Virus record (IMG/VR): IMGVR_UViG_3300025085_000010
Location: 15,188 to 79,187 of that record
Origin: a virus
Reading direction: 5' to 3' (one strand)
Length of the DNA: 64,000 nucleotides
Under the pieces are notes generated by a model, which made no database searches, was not told the origin of the DNA, and was given only the letters and a program-made list of their open reading frames with translations. Positions 11,201-19,866 of the stretch are shown here, piece by piece (the first letter of the stretch is position 1; each line of letters begins with the position of its first letter). Both the position numbers and the translations under genes were made by a program.

Positions 11201-12771
11201 TTACCACTATCGGTATTGCATCGATGGGTAGAAACGTCAGGTTGACTGTTGCTGGAATTGGAATCACTAACGAAATTATTCTTAATAATGTTCAAGGCGA
11301 ATTTGTTGTTGGTGCTGCTAAGACTCTTGGATACTTTACAAGTGCTGGTGCAGCTACAACGTTGAATAATGATCTTCCAGGAGCACCTGGAGGAGATGTT
11401 CAGATTTCCTCAATAAATGTTGATAATGATGGAATGCACTTTACCGTGGACCACAAAAACCATGGAATGTATTTCTCCGATAACCAGGTGAAGATTTCTG
11501 GCGTTCGTGGTGATGTTAAGCCAACTAAACTTACAGTTGAACTTCCTTTAGGATCTACAGATGGTGTTACTGTTTCTTCAGCATCCTCATTCACAACATT
11601 TGAAAATGTTGGAGTTGGAACAACCAACGTAGGTTATCTACAGATTGGCGATGAAATCATTACCTATACTCAAGTTGCCGGAAACACACTTAGTGGAACC
11701 ATTACAAGAGGGGCAAATCCCAGAACGTATCCTGTCGGTACTCCAATTTACAAATATGAACTTGGTGGCGTTAACTTACAGAGAATTAATAGAACTCATG
11801 ATTTGAGTGATGTTACGCAAACAGATCCATTTACGTTCGACTCTTATAAAGTCAAACTGGATATGAGCAGCACTACTGGGACTGAAAGAAGCACTGATGT
11901 TGGATATCCTAAACTATACATGGGAGCTACAAGATCTGCTGGTGGATATGGTATCAAGGCTACACAAAATATGCCTTTTGAAATTATCACTCCAAACGTT
12001 CAAAATCTCACTGTTTCTGGCACATCTATTTCTGCTGAAGTTAGAACTGTTTCAAGTAAGAGTTTCAGTGGAAATGAAATCCCTTACGTTGATAAGGGAT
12101 TTGAAGACATTACCATCAATAAAAAGAATTACTTTGATTCTCCAAGAATGATTGCATCTAAGGTTAACGAAGATGCTAATCTCACAACGATTGAAGGTAA
12201 TAAGTCTATGAACATGAGACTGTTCCTCACGTCAACTGATACTCGTATTAGTCCTGTTATCGACTCTCAAAGAGTCAGTGCAATTCTAACATCAAACAGA
12301 GTTAATAATATTATCACTGATTATGCAACCGATTCTAGAGTTGATACAGTTGACGAAGATCCAACTGGATGTCAGTATATCTCTAAAGAGATTGTTTTGG
12401 AAAATCCAGCATCTTCCCTCAAGATTATTCTTGCAGGACATTTTACTGACGTGAATGATATTAGATCATTCTACTGTGTCAGTAACAAACCAGGTCTTGA
12501 GCCTATCTTTACTCCGTTTCCTGGATACACTAATCTTAACTCTAGAGGTCAGATTATTGCTCCAGAAAATAGTAATGGTGAACCAGATGTATTTGTTCTC
12601 AAATCAAATACATATGGATATGACAGCAGAGATCTAGATTATAGAGAGTATACGTTCACTATTGATCAATTACCATCATTTAGAACGTATAGAGTGAAAT
12701 TGAATCTGACTTCTACAAGTCAGTGCTTTGTCCCAAGAGTCAAAGAACTTAGAGTTATCGCCTTAGCATAA
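5230..12771 (+). CDS. Very large virion structural protein (VrlC/DUF4815-like)
   Basis: N-terminus MPQQTNLNVAPYFDDF...VLFKPGYPVQARELTTLQSILQNQ and internal DPLAQSF motif; 2513 aa; follows gp8. Confidence 0.8.
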   Translation: MPQQTNLNVAPYFDDFDAANDYHKVLFKPGYPVQARELTTLQSILQNQIEKFGQHFFKEGAKVIPGNIGYSQLYYCVQLENTYQGVPVSAYADQLVGTKITGQTSGVTAFVDNVLLPEDSERGNLTLYINYLTSSTGNNSTQTFFDGELLTCNEVVTSGLLGNTTIAAGSPLASTLTNAATATGSSFQIENGVYFIRGNFINVDRENLLLDQYGTTPSYRIGLFINEEIVNADLDETLNDNSQGFNNYAAPGADRLRISTSLFKKPLDDFNDDNFILLATVINGVLQSQQKKKKNYGGVFYDDLTDVLARRTFDESGHYFVKAFNISAVNSLNDGLGNDGIFETGQFTPSGTTPTDDLALYKIGPGKAYVKGYEIETLSAKYLDVDKPRTTKTIENQNIAYNTGPTLKINRVFRSPTVGFGTYVVSLRDQRVGSNQQTTPGNEIGVARVYDFKLESGSYDAANGNVNEWNLALYDVQTNVEIAVNQSTTLSVPTFVKGANSGATGFLRHAVSAGTAVTVYETEGSFVPFEKLIFNGIEGGRVAIAITEHGIADVKSVYGMDGYDGTSTTVGINTFSADVIQSTKFSAGIATVSALSGGISTITAKKTAFPGTLVKENDLIEYTDTTAGLRNDPIVARVVGVATTTITVAAVEDVVGVASAFLPAATLDVTDLKVLKTDLASISDSSLYTPLAKRNVSNVDISEATLVIRKTFSVDIANNQLSSQVVAGTNETFLQFDEERYLLTRSDGSTEVLTADKFDVGADGKTLQIRNLSTDDTGATLVATLNKTSPKAKVKIKNRVNSIIVDKSKLAGSGIGSTTLNNGLTSGNYPFGTRVEDEIVSLNFPDIIEIHGIYESADTSAASAPNMTLQSINSASTTTTELLIGEQIVGQTSGARAIVSEKLNDSTITFIRKTETVFVEGETIEAQESNIGAIISSIGTPSFNISANYKFKTGQEETFYDHGRLKRKKGKSSPAKQLKIYFSSAFFDSTDTGDVVTVNSYNNFDYADEIRSVETYRTSDIIDIRPRVAEYTVDADVRSPLEFFGRSFNTSGQTAANTLASDESIILDYSYYQGRIDRVYLSKDGRFQIIYGTPSDDPQRPEPIDDAIELCTVSLPPYLYAPSDAKLAFLDYKRYQMKDIKKLEDRIKSLEYYTTLSLLEKETANFFVPDAEGLNRFKSGFFVDNFNDFSAQEDRIDINNAIDRKYNELRPRHYTNAVDMIFGPVVDTDASDDVNFAAIEGNNVRKENDVLTLDYSEVEYISQTFATRTESVTPFLISFWNGTLELTPASDNWVDTARLQAKIIDVEGDYASTFNRLADNGTIDPQTGFGPMVWDSWETNWTGVEVVDATRTRVINNGPDVIHQGESWRPGRSTSTRTVTDQVIEEQLRTTREFGTVSRNGVRTIVTEQFDQESVGDRTVSRDLIPFMRSRNVEFVAKKVKPLTRLYAFFDGVDISKYCVPKLLEITMSSGTFQVGETVSGTSGVIAGLIDQFRPDAQPAIKFRVAQSNHREGPYDSPTKTYPQNPYSNIDLASTYSSTATILNVDTASLSSEVRGDFFGYTAAGMTLVGETSGAFAQVTNVRLVSDLSSTLIGSYFVPNGNNINHPRFECGTKTFTLVNDIDNNQDDATTIAEESFSAEGTLETVQENIVSVRNARVELKNEFQSRNVSRDLGTEVVSSEVIGSRTRTQTIISYYDPLAQSFLVEDETGVFLTSCDVFFRSKDDMDIPVVFQLRSMKNGLPTSKVLPFSEIVLDPGDVITSADGSIATNVQFKAPVYLEGGTEYAICLASNSTKYSVYISRIGENDLLTDTFISNQPYLGSLFKSQNASTWEPSQWEDLKFTLYRADFIENGSVEFYSPELTEGNRQIPNLLPDSINLNSRQIRVGLGTTVADSGYEIGNTFYQLGTNATGDLVGTAGSATGNLSITNAGLGLTPADGSFTFAGVNLVTITGNGRGATAEVSVNNGAIVASGATIATGGSGYQIGDVLGITTIGIASMGRNVRLTVAGIGITNEIILNNVQGEFVVGAAKTLGYFTSAGAATTLNNDLPGAPGGDVQISSINVDNDGMHFTVDHKNHGMYFSDNQVKISGVRGDVKPTKLTVELPLGSTDGVTVSSASSFTTFENVGVGTTNVGYLQIGDEIITYTQVAGNTLSGTITRGANPRTYPVGTPIYKYELGGVNLQRINRTHDLSDVTQTDPFTFDSYKVKLDMSSTTGTERSTDVGYPKLYMGATRSAGGYGIKATQNMPFEIITPNVQNLTVSGTSISAEVRTVSSKSFSGNEIPYVDKGFEDITINKKNYFDSPRMIASKVNEDANLTTIEGNKSMNMRLFLTSTDTRISPVIDSQRVSAILTSNRVNNIITDYATDSRVDTVDEDPTGCQYISKEIVLENPASSLKIILAGHFTDVNDIRSFYCVSNKPGLEPIFTPFPGYTNLNSRGQIIAPENSNGEPDVFVLKSNTYGYDSRDLDYREYTFTIDQLPSFRTYRVKLNLTSTSQCFVPRVKELRVIALA

Positions 12772-12772
12772 T

Positions 12773-13000
12773 ATGGATTTTTATGGATTAGAGGGTCATA
12801 AGGATCTCGCAAGAGATCCTGATACAAATGCAGTTGTTAATGTTAATACCTTAGAGTATCAACAGTATCTTTCAAGACGTAATGTGAAAACTGAAAAGAA
12901 TTATAAGGTACAGAACATGGAGCAAGAACTTGCTAACATGAAGGGCGATATTGATGAAATTAAGTTTTTACTAAAGGAGTTATTACATGGACCCAAATGA
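12773..13000 (+). CDS. Conserved hypothetical protein with C-terminal coiled coil
   Basis: 75 aa ORF packed tightly after the VrlC-like gene; heptad pattern ELANMKGDIDEIKFLLKELL. Confidence 0.7.
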   Translation: MDFYGLEGHKDLARDPDTNAVVNVNTLEYQQYLSRRNVKTEKNYKVQNMEQELANMKGDIDEIKFLLKELLHGPK

Positions 13001-13169
13001 TATAGAACTTTCAAATCTATCAAAAAGTTTTGCTTATCAAAAACTTGCTGCTGAAATAGATAATTGTGAGGATCGTGATGAACTTAGAAATATTGCAAAA
13101 TCTTTCATTAAACTATATTATAAACAACAAGAAACTATGGCAGTAATAGGTATTCCAAATGGCATCTAA
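12987..13169 (+). CDS. Small helical protein, NblA-like candidate
   Basis: AAGGAG RBS 7 nt upstream; 60 aa helix-loop-helix pattern LSKSFAYQKLAAEIDNCEDRDELRNIAKSFIKLYYKQQ. The ORF is solid; the family assignment is tentative. Confidence 0.5.
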   Translation: MDPNDIELSNLSKSFAYQKLAAEIDNCEDRDELRNIAKSFIKLYYKQQETMAVIGIPNGI

Positions 13170-13557
13170 AACAATTACCTTTGATAAAAGTTCTGGAGTT
13201 GCATACGGACTCAACTTGACGATGTATGGTGGATCTGATTTTGAGGTTACTTTGAATGTAAAAACTACATCAAGCGGTGCATTTGATTTAACTAATTACA
13301 GCGGGGCGGGAGCTATGTCTAAGAGTGTTGCCGTTGGAGCAACACTTGGAATAACTTCTGCATTTACTGTGGGATTTACAAGTGCATTTGATGGTGTAAT
13401 GAAATTGTCTTTGGCTGCGGTTAATACTAGAGCAACTACAGAGGGTAGATACGTTTACGATGTATTAGTAAAAGAGTCTGTTGGTGGAGGAGCAACCACA
13501 TATCCTCTGGTTAGCGGCAACGTGACAGTAATTAATCCAGTATCGTCAGCACCCTAA
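13159..13557 (+). CDS. Putative virion structural protein (beta-sandwich)
   Basis: 132 aa; FDLTNYSG...GRYVYDVLV...LVSGNVTV pattern resembles small baseplate/fibre adaptor domains; located in the structural module. Confidence 0.6.
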   Translation: MASKTITFDKSSGVAYGLNLTMYGGSDFEVTLNVKTTSSGAFDLTNYSGAGAMSKSVAVGATLGITSAFTVGFTSAFDGVMKLSLAAVNTRATTEGRYVYDVLVKESVGGGATTYPLVSGNVTVINPVSSAP

Positions 13558-13560
13558 ATA
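13554..13560 (+). promoter_or_regulatory. Late promoter (CTAAATA)
   Basis: Overlaps the upstream stop codon, 23 nt before gp13. Confidence 0.6.
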
Positions 13561-13583
13561 CACTTAGGAAACTTGTGAAATAA

Positions 13584-14432
13584 ATGGCAAAACCAGCAAG
13601 TAGGACAGATCTAGTAAATTATTGCAAAAGGCAACTAGGGGCTCCTGTCCTAGAAATTAATATTGCTGATGAACAAGTAGATGATTTAGTGGATGATGCT
13701 CTGCAGATATTTCATGAACGTGATTATGATGGAGTAACGCAAGCATTTTTAAAATATAAAATAACTCAGGATGATATTGATAGAGGAAGAGCTAGAGGCG
13801 GAACCAATAATGCTGCTGGAATAACAACCACTACAAATACTTCTACAATTGATGGTGCTACTGTAACTTTTTCTTTTGAAGAAAATAGTAACTATCTTAA
13901 GGTTCCCCCTGAAGTTCTTGGCGTAAATAAAATATTTAAATTTGATGGATCAAACACTGTAACAAATAACATGTTTAGTGTTAAGTACCAGTTATTCCTC
14001 AACGATATCTATTATTGGGGATCGACTGAAATTTTGACTTATAATATGACAAAACGATATCTTGAGGATATTGATTTTGCTTTAAGTACTGAAAAGATGA
14101 TTCGATTTAATCAAAGATCGGATAGACTTTATTTGGATATTGATTGGGGATCTGTAAACGTTGATGATTATATTATAATTGATTGCTATCGTTTGTTAGA
14201 TCCAGATACTCATACAAGAGTTTGGAATGATTCATTCTTAAAACGATACTTAACTGCTTTGATGAAGAGACAGTGGGGTCAAAATCTTATTAAATTCCAA
14301 GGAGTAAAACTACCAGGTGGAATCGAACTAAATGGTCGTCAAATTTATGACGATGCTGAAAAAGAATTACAAATAATAAGAGAGCAGATGTCAAATACTT
14401 ATGAACTCCCCCCATACGATATGATAGGTTGA
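13584..14432 (+). CDS. gp13: Neck protein gp13
   Basis: YCKRQLGAPVLEINI and KRQWGQNLIKFQGVKLPGGIELNGRQIY motifs. Confidence 0.92.
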   Translation: MAKPASRTDLVNYCKRQLGAPVLEINIADEQVDDLVDDALQIFHERDYDGVTQAFLKYKITQDDIDRGRARGGTNNAAGITTTTNTSTIDGATVTFSFEENSNYLKVPPEVLGVNKIFKFDGSNTVTNNMFSVKYQLFLNDIYYWGSTEILTYNMTKRYLEDIDFALSTEKMIRFNQRSDRLYLDIDWGSVNVDDYIIIDCYRLLDPDTHTRVWNDSFLKRYLTALMKRQWGQNLIKFQGVKLPGGIELNGRQIYDDAEKELQIIREQMSNTYELPPYDMIG

Positions 14433-14436
14433 TATC

Positions 14437-15891
14437 ATGGTATTAAATCCTTTCTTTACACAAGGCACATCCTCTGAACAAAACCTTGTTCAGGATTTGA
14501 TAAATGAGCAGCTCAGGACTTATGGTATAGATATCTTTTATCTACCCAGAAAATTTATGACAGAAAATACTGTCATAAGAGAAGTTGTGCAGTCAAAGTT
14601 TGATATGGCACTTCCTCTTGAGGCATATGTCGACAACTATGATCAGTATTCTGGTGCAGGAAATATTCTTTCAAAGTTTGGAATTGAGTCAAAAGATGAA
14701 GTAAGACTTATTATCTCAAGGGATAGGTTTGAAAACTATATTACCCCTTTGATTGAAGATCAGGCAAATGTAAAACTATCAACCAGACCAAAGAGTGGAG
14801 ACCTTATTTGGTTCCCTCTTGACGATAGGATCTATGAGATCAAAGATATTGAATATGCAAAACCATATTATCAGTTACAAAATCTCTATGTTTATGAATT
14901 ATATTGCGAACTCTTCCGTCTTGAGGATGAGGTTATTGCAACTGGTATTGATGATATCGATAACAACCTTATCGGTGAAGAATATGATGGTCTTACTGAT
15001 GATGGTATCAACACCATTCAAGGTCCAACACAAACACTTACTCTAGTTGGTGCTGGCGTAACGGCAACTGCGACTGCTGCTATCTTTGATGGTGGTATTA
15101 GATCGTTTACTGTAACAAATAGAGGCGGTGGATATAGTGTTGTTCCAACAGTGGGCGTTACATCAGCTCCCGCTGGAGGAATCACTGGTGTTGGTATCGC
15201 CACTATGATTGGTGGTATAAATGTATGTAATCAAAATACAAATGCAAAATTACAATCAGTCCAAGCAGTAAATGTAGTAAAATCTGGTGCTGGTTACACA
15301 GTTGCTCCTGGCGTAAGATTTGGTGTTCCATCAAATCAAACAGGAAGCGGTGCTACTGCAACGGCAACGATTGGTGATGGTGTTGTTGGTATTATCACCG
15401 TCACATCTGGTGGTGGAGGATATATAGATGCACCAACAATCACGTTCACTAATCAAATATTTGATGTGGGTGTAACCACTGCAGTTGCTGTCGCATATCC
15501 AATTGTAAGTGCTGCTGGAACCATTTCAGCAATTCACCTTTCAAATACTGGTGTTGGATATTCTATTGCACCTACTATTGTTGTGAGTGATCCAGAAAGT
15601 TCTGGGTCAGGAACCTTTACATTTAATGAAATCGTGACCGGATCTTCTAGTGGAACAACAGGAAGAGTTCGAGTTTGGAACTCTGAGACAAGCACTCTTG
15701 AAGTTGGAACAGTCACTGGAGAATTTACCGTTGGAGAAAATATTGTTGGATCTACATCTGGAGCATCTTATGCTTTACGTGTTGCAGATACTAATCCAGC
15801 AGATGATGGATTTGCAGATAATATCAATATTGAAACCGAAGCTGATTCAATTCTCGACTTTAGTGAAAGGAACCCCTTTGGTATTCCCTAA
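14437..15891 (+). CDS. gp14: Neck protein gp14 with G/T-rich insertion
   Basis: EQNLVQDLINEQLRTYGIDIFYLPR N-terminus and ILDFSERNPFG C-terminus. Confidence 0.9.
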   Translation: MVLNPFFTQGTSSEQNLVQDLINEQLRTYGIDIFYLPRKFMTENTVIREVVQSKFDMALPLEAYVDNYDQYSGAGNILSKFGIESKDEVRLIISRDRFENYITPLIEDQANVKLSTRPKSGDLIWFPLDDRIYEIKDIEYAKPYYQLQNLYVYELYCELFRLEDEVIATGIDDIDNNLIGEEYDGLTDDGINTIQGPTQTLTLVGAGVTATATAAIFDGGIRSFTVTNRGGGYSVVPTVGVTSAPAGGITGVGIATMIGGINVCNQNTNAKLQSVQAVNVVKSGAGYTVAPGVRFGVPSNQTGSGATATATIGDGVVGIITVTSGGGGYIDAPTITFTNQIFDVGVTTAVAVAYPIVSAAGTISAIHLSNTGVGYSIAPTIVVSDPESSGSGTFTFNEIVTGSSSGTTGRVRVWNSETSTLEVGTVTGEFTVGENIVGSTSGASYALRVADTNPADDGFADNINIETEADSILDFSERNPFGIP

Positions 15892-15894
15892 ATA
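15888..15894 (+). promoter_or_regulatory. Late promoter (CTAAATA)
   Basis: At the gp14 stop, upstream of gp15. Confidence 0.55.
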
Positions 15895-15931
15895 AAAATA
15901 TCTTAATATAAAGATATTGTAGGACTTAAAA

Positions 15932-16930
15932 ATGTTTGAGTATTTTTACAACGAAGTTTTGAGGAGGACCATTATATCTTTTGGTACTCTATTTAACAAC
16001 ATTTCGATTAAGCACGAAGATTCTTCGGATAACGTTGTTAGCGTTGTAAAAATTCCTCTGGCATATGGTCCTACTCAGAAATTTCTGGCAAGAATAAACC
16101 AGTCGCCAGATCTCAACAAGCCATTTGCCATCACTTTGCCAAGGATGTCATTTGAGTTTACTGGATTGACTTATGATCCTTCACGTAAGGTTTCTACAGT
16201 TCAAAACTTTACTATAAAAGATCCTAATGATGGATCTATTGTAAAAAAACAGTATATGCCTGTTCCTTACAATATGCAATTTGAGTTGGCAATCATGTCA
16301 AAATTAAATGATGATGCTCTTCAAATTATTGAACAAATCTTACCATACTTTCAACCAGCATATAATCTTACGGTTGAATTAGTAGAGTCAATTCAAGAGA
16401 AAAAAGATATTCCTGTGATATTAGAAAATATCACCATGCAAGATGATTATGAGGGAGATTTCACTTCTAGAAGAGTTCTTCTTTATACCCTAAGATTTAC
16501 GGCAAAAACATATCTGTTTGGTCCAGCAACTACTGCAACCAAGGATATCATCAAGAGGGCTTCTATCAGTTACCTCACTGGAACCGACACCTCCAACACC
16601 ACCAGAGAGGTTACTTACACAGCAACACCAAGAGCAACTCAAAATTATACTGGAGATGCTGCTACTACTCTCACAGCAGACATTACCAAGATAGCAAAAA
16701 CCTTTGAAGTTGCTGATGGTAGCACACTGACTGCTGAAACTTATATTAATATTGAGGGTGAGCAGATGTTCTTGAAATCTATCAGTGGAAATAATATCAC
16801 TGTTAGACGTGGAGAAGATAAAACAACGGCTACAATTCACCTCGGTGGAACAGAAATTCACGAAATCACTGCTGCTGATAATGCACTTATTGAATCAGGC
16901 GATAATTTTGGATTTGATGGTTCGTTCTGA
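15932..16930 (+). CDS. gp15: Tail sheath stabilizer/terminator gp15
   Basis: MFEYFYNEVLRRTIISFGTLFNNI, IPLAYGPTQKFLARI, LPRMSFE and QIIEQILPYFQP. Confidence 0.92.
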   Translation: MFEYFYNEVLRRTIISFGTLFNNISIKHEDSSDNVVSVVKIPLAYGPTQKFLARINQSPDLNKPFAITLPRMSFEFTGLTYDPSRKVSTVQNFTIKDPNDGSIVKKQYMPVPYNMQFELAIMSKLNDDALQIIEQILPYFQPAYNLTVELVESIQEKKDIPVILENITMQDDYEGDFTSRRVLLYTLRFTAKTYLFGPATTATKDIIKRASISYLTGTDTSNTTREVTYTATPRATQNYTGDAATTLTADITKIAKTFEVADGSTLTAETYINIEGEQMFLKSISGNNITVRRGEDKTTATIHLGGTEIHEITAADNALIESGDNFGFDGSF

Positions 16931-17358
16931 TGAAAATGACAAAAAACTTTGACGATCTAAATGACACATTCAATACCTCTGGTGACGTTATCAAACCAGA
17001 AGTTGTTGAAAGTAAAATTGAAAGAGTAAAAGAAGGTGTAGATGATATAAAAAAAGATTACGAATATACTAGAGGCAACTTATATTCGATTATAGAAAAA
17101 GGACAAGAAGCTCTTAATGGTGTTCTTGAACTTGCTCAAGAGAGTGAGATGCCTAGAGCGTATGAAGTCGCAGGTCAGTTGATCAAAAACGTTGCTGATG
17201 CAACTGATAAATTATTAGATCTTCAAAAGAAACTGAAAGACGTTGAAGCAGAAGAAAAGATTAAAGGACCATCTACAGTCAATAATGCTTTGTTTGTTGG
17301 ATCGACTGCAGATCTTGCAAAGATGTTAAAGGATGGACTGAAAGAAGATCCTAAATAA
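16930..17358 (+). CDS. gp16: Terminase small subunit gp16
   Basis: DYEYTRGNLY...PRAYEVAGQLIK...NNALFVGSTADL. Confidence 0.92.
   Translation: MKMTKNFDDLNDTFNTSGDVIKPEVVESKIERVKEGVDDIKKDYEYTRGNLYSIIEKGQEALNGVLELAQESEMPRAYEVAGQLIKNVADATDKLLDLQKKLKDVEAEEKIKGPSTVNNALFVGSTADLAKMLKDGLKEDPK
17351..17357 (+). promoter_or_regulatory. Late promoter (CTAAATA) followed by a TCGGGA/TCCCGA hairpin
   Basis: Motif at the end of gp16; hairpin at 17361-17378. Confidence 0.55.
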
Positions 17359-17399
17359 TATCGGGAGAGAAATCCCGAAGTATTTAAGTTACTAATAAA

Positions 17400-19838
17400 A
17401 TGTCGAAAGAAGACTTGCCTTCTATTGATGATTTGGTCAATAACGATCTACCATCAATTGAAGATTTTATAACAGAAGAGAACGCAGAGGAACTCCCTTC
17501 TGTTGAAGACTATATTGAGTTAGAAGAAAGCACTCAAACCATAGAAGATGCAGACGGAAATACATTTGCAGAAATACAAGATATAATACCACCTTGGCCA
17601 GAACTGGTCAGAATGATTAATGATGTTAGATCAGATATTCCTGACATTCCAGAAGTAAAATATTATGATAAAGAACTTGAGGAACTTGCAGAACAGATTA
17701 GTAATCTTCCTGAAGTCAGATACTATGATAGAGAAGTAGAAGCAATATGTGATCAGGTAGATCTTGTAAGGGAACAGATCAAAGTTCTACCTGAGGTCAA
17801 GTATTATGATGAGCAAGTTGATGCTATTGAAGATAGAATTGACACTCTTCAAACTGAGGTAACAAACTTACCAGAGGTCAAATATTATGATGCTGAGATC
17901 GCAGCAATTTGTGAGGCTATTGATACGGTAAAAGCATCTATTCCACAGTTTCCTAAGTGGGTTAATGAAATAAATGAAGTTCCAGACTTCTCATGGATTG
18001 GTAAAACTTTTAGTGTTATTGATGATGACTTTGTAAAGGTTAACGATACTATTGAAGGACTAAGAGGAAAGGTTGAATTTGATCTTGAACAACTTTCTGA
18101 AGATGTTGAAACAAAGCATTTTAATAGCACGATCAAGATTGAGAATGACATCTCCAATCTGAGTGAAAAAGTAGATACTCGTATTGATGAAGAGAAAGAT
18201 AAGATCTGGAAAGAACTCAGATCATCATCTCTCAAGATGTGGGAGTACCATAAAGAGTTTAAAGACGATGATCGCAAACTCAAGAAACAAATTCTTGGGG
18301 AATATAATACTCTCAAGCAAAACATTAATAAAGAACTTAAGGAGATTAATTACACCAGCACCAAGACTGATGAGTTACTTCTAAAGTATTTTACTGAGCT
18401 AAGAGAAGAGATCTCAGGACTTCCAGAAGTTAAGTATTATGATAAAGATATTGACTATGTAAAATCTGATATCAAAGGACTCTATAAAATTATAGAGGAA
18501 ATTAAATCATCTCAAAAACAACTGAAAGAAGAGCAAGAACTCCTAGCAGAGACAAATGTTCCTCTTGGGATGGACTCCCCAGATACAAATAATCCAGACC
18601 CTCTTACGCCACTTGATCAGAACTTTGTTACTCTGGATCAGTTGCAGACACACTACAAGAGATTTGTAGAGAGGGTACAGTATCAACTCGGATCTATCGG
18701 TGGCGGTGGTGCAGGATTTATTAGAGATCTTGATGATGTAACCTTTGATGCTACAGATGGTCAGTTACTGATCTATAACTCATCTACATCAAAATGGGTT
18801 GGTATTGCCAGCACTGCAGTTGGTGGTGGAGATGCATCTACATTAGCAGAAAATACAACAGGAACGAACCTTGTACTTTCAGGAAATTTAACAGTTGCAG
18901 GTATTGCAACATATGAAGATGTAAGAAATATAGATTCTATCGGTATTGTTACTGCAAGAAGTGGAATTAAAGTTCTAGATGGTGGCATCAACGTAGTTGG
19001 TGTTTCCACGATTAGCACTGGTGTTGGTACAATTCATGTTGGTGTTGGATCGACAGCACTTTTGGTTGAAGGTGATGCAAGAGTAACTGGTATCCTTACA
19101 ATTGGACAAGGATCAATTACTTTAGATCCAAACACAAAACAAGTCACTGGTATTGATGAAATCGTTGTTGGATCTGGAGCATCTTTATCATTAGCACCTC
19201 TATTCGCCAGTTCAGCCAAGTTTGTTATTGATTATTCTTCATTAACTTTACAAGGATATAACTCAAATAATGAAGGAACTTATGAAAGGCAAAGCACTTC
19301 TTTTGTACTAAGCACTGCACCAACTACATCTGGTAGTGCTAGATTCCAAGAGACAAGTGGATTTTATTACTTCTTACATGAAAGTGATAATTCAAAAATA
19401 ATTATTTTCAATATAGTTACTGGAAACTGGGACGCAGTTCATAGTTTTGGATCTGATTTTTCTTCTCCAAGTAGTGGGACACTAGTAAATCCAGTATCAA
19501 ATTATTCTTTTGTTACTCCAGTTAGAGCTAATTTTGATGACACTGGCAGAGCATATCCAGGATCTGGTTTTGGAGTTGTATATAAAACGACAGTTAGTGA
19601 GCAAACACAATCTATTGGTATTGCAACTGCAAGTTCTTTAGTTGTATCTGGTATTGCAACTGTTTCAACGGCATTCTATATGCCACAATACACAACATCG
19701 GCAAGAGATGCAGCTACCTTTGCTGAAGGTGCGATGATATACAATACAACAACTAAGAAAATGGAGTTCTATAATGGATCATCCTGGCAGTCGTTGCCTG
19801 GAATGTCGCTTGGTCTTACTGTGGCACTTGATGGATGA
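17400..19838 (+). CDS. Coiled-coil/fibre-like virion protein with PEVKYYD repeats
   Basis: Five (L/I)PEV(K/R)YYD repeats within a heptad-rich region, a GGGGAG hinge, then a G/S/T-rich fibre-like C-terminus ending GAMIYNTTTKKMEFYNGSSW. Confidence 0.7.
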   Translation: MSKEDLPSIDDLVNNDLPSIEDFITEENAEELPSVEDYIELEESTQTIEDADGNTFAEIQDIIPPWPELVRMINDVRSDIPDIPEVKYYDKELEELAEQISNLPEVRYYDREVEAICDQVDLVREQIKVLPEVKYYDEQVDAIEDRIDTLQTEVTNLPEVKYYDAEIAAICEAIDTVKASIPQFPKWVNEINEVPDFSWIGKTFSVIDDDFVKVNDTIEGLRGKVEFDLEQLSEDVETKHFNSTIKIENDISNLSEKVDTRIDEEKDKIWKELRSSSLKMWEYHKEFKDDDRKLKKQILGEYNTLKQNINKELKEINYTSTKTDELLLKYFTELREEISGLPEVKYYDKDIDYVKSDIKGLYKIIEEIKSSQKQLKEEQELLAETNVPLGMDSPDTNNPDPLTPLDQNFVTLDQLQTHYKRFVERVQYQLGSIGGGGAGFIRDLDDVTFDATDGQLLIYNSSTSKWVGIASTAVGGGDASTLAENTTGTNLVLSGNLTVAGIATYEDVRNIDSIGIVTARSGIKVLDGGINVVGVSTISTGVGTIHVGVGSTALLVEGDARVTGILTIGQGSITLDPNTKQVTGIDEIVVGSGASLSLAPLFASSAKFVIDYSSLTLQGYNSNNEGTYERQSTSFVLSTAPTTSGSARFQETSGFYYFLHESDNSKIIIFNIVTGNWDAVHSFGSDFSSPSSGTLVNPVSNYSFVTPVRANFDDTGRAYPGSGFGVVYKTTVSEQTQSIGIATASSLVVSGIATVSTAFYMPQYTTSARDAATFAEGAMIYNTTTKKMEFYNGSSWQSLPGMSLGLTVALDG

Positions 19839-19844
19839 TAAATA
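19838..19844 (+). promoter_or_regulatory. Late promoter (ATAAATA)
   Basis: Directly upstream of the AAGGAG RBS of the 592 aa ORF. Confidence 0.65.
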
Positions 19845-19866
19845 ATAAGGAGTAATCACTCTTTTG

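Noticed and set aside
17640-17900. Periodic DNA repeats resembling a CRISPR array
   Set aside because: They are degenerate, in-frame codings of PEVKYYD with third-position variation; no cas genes are present.
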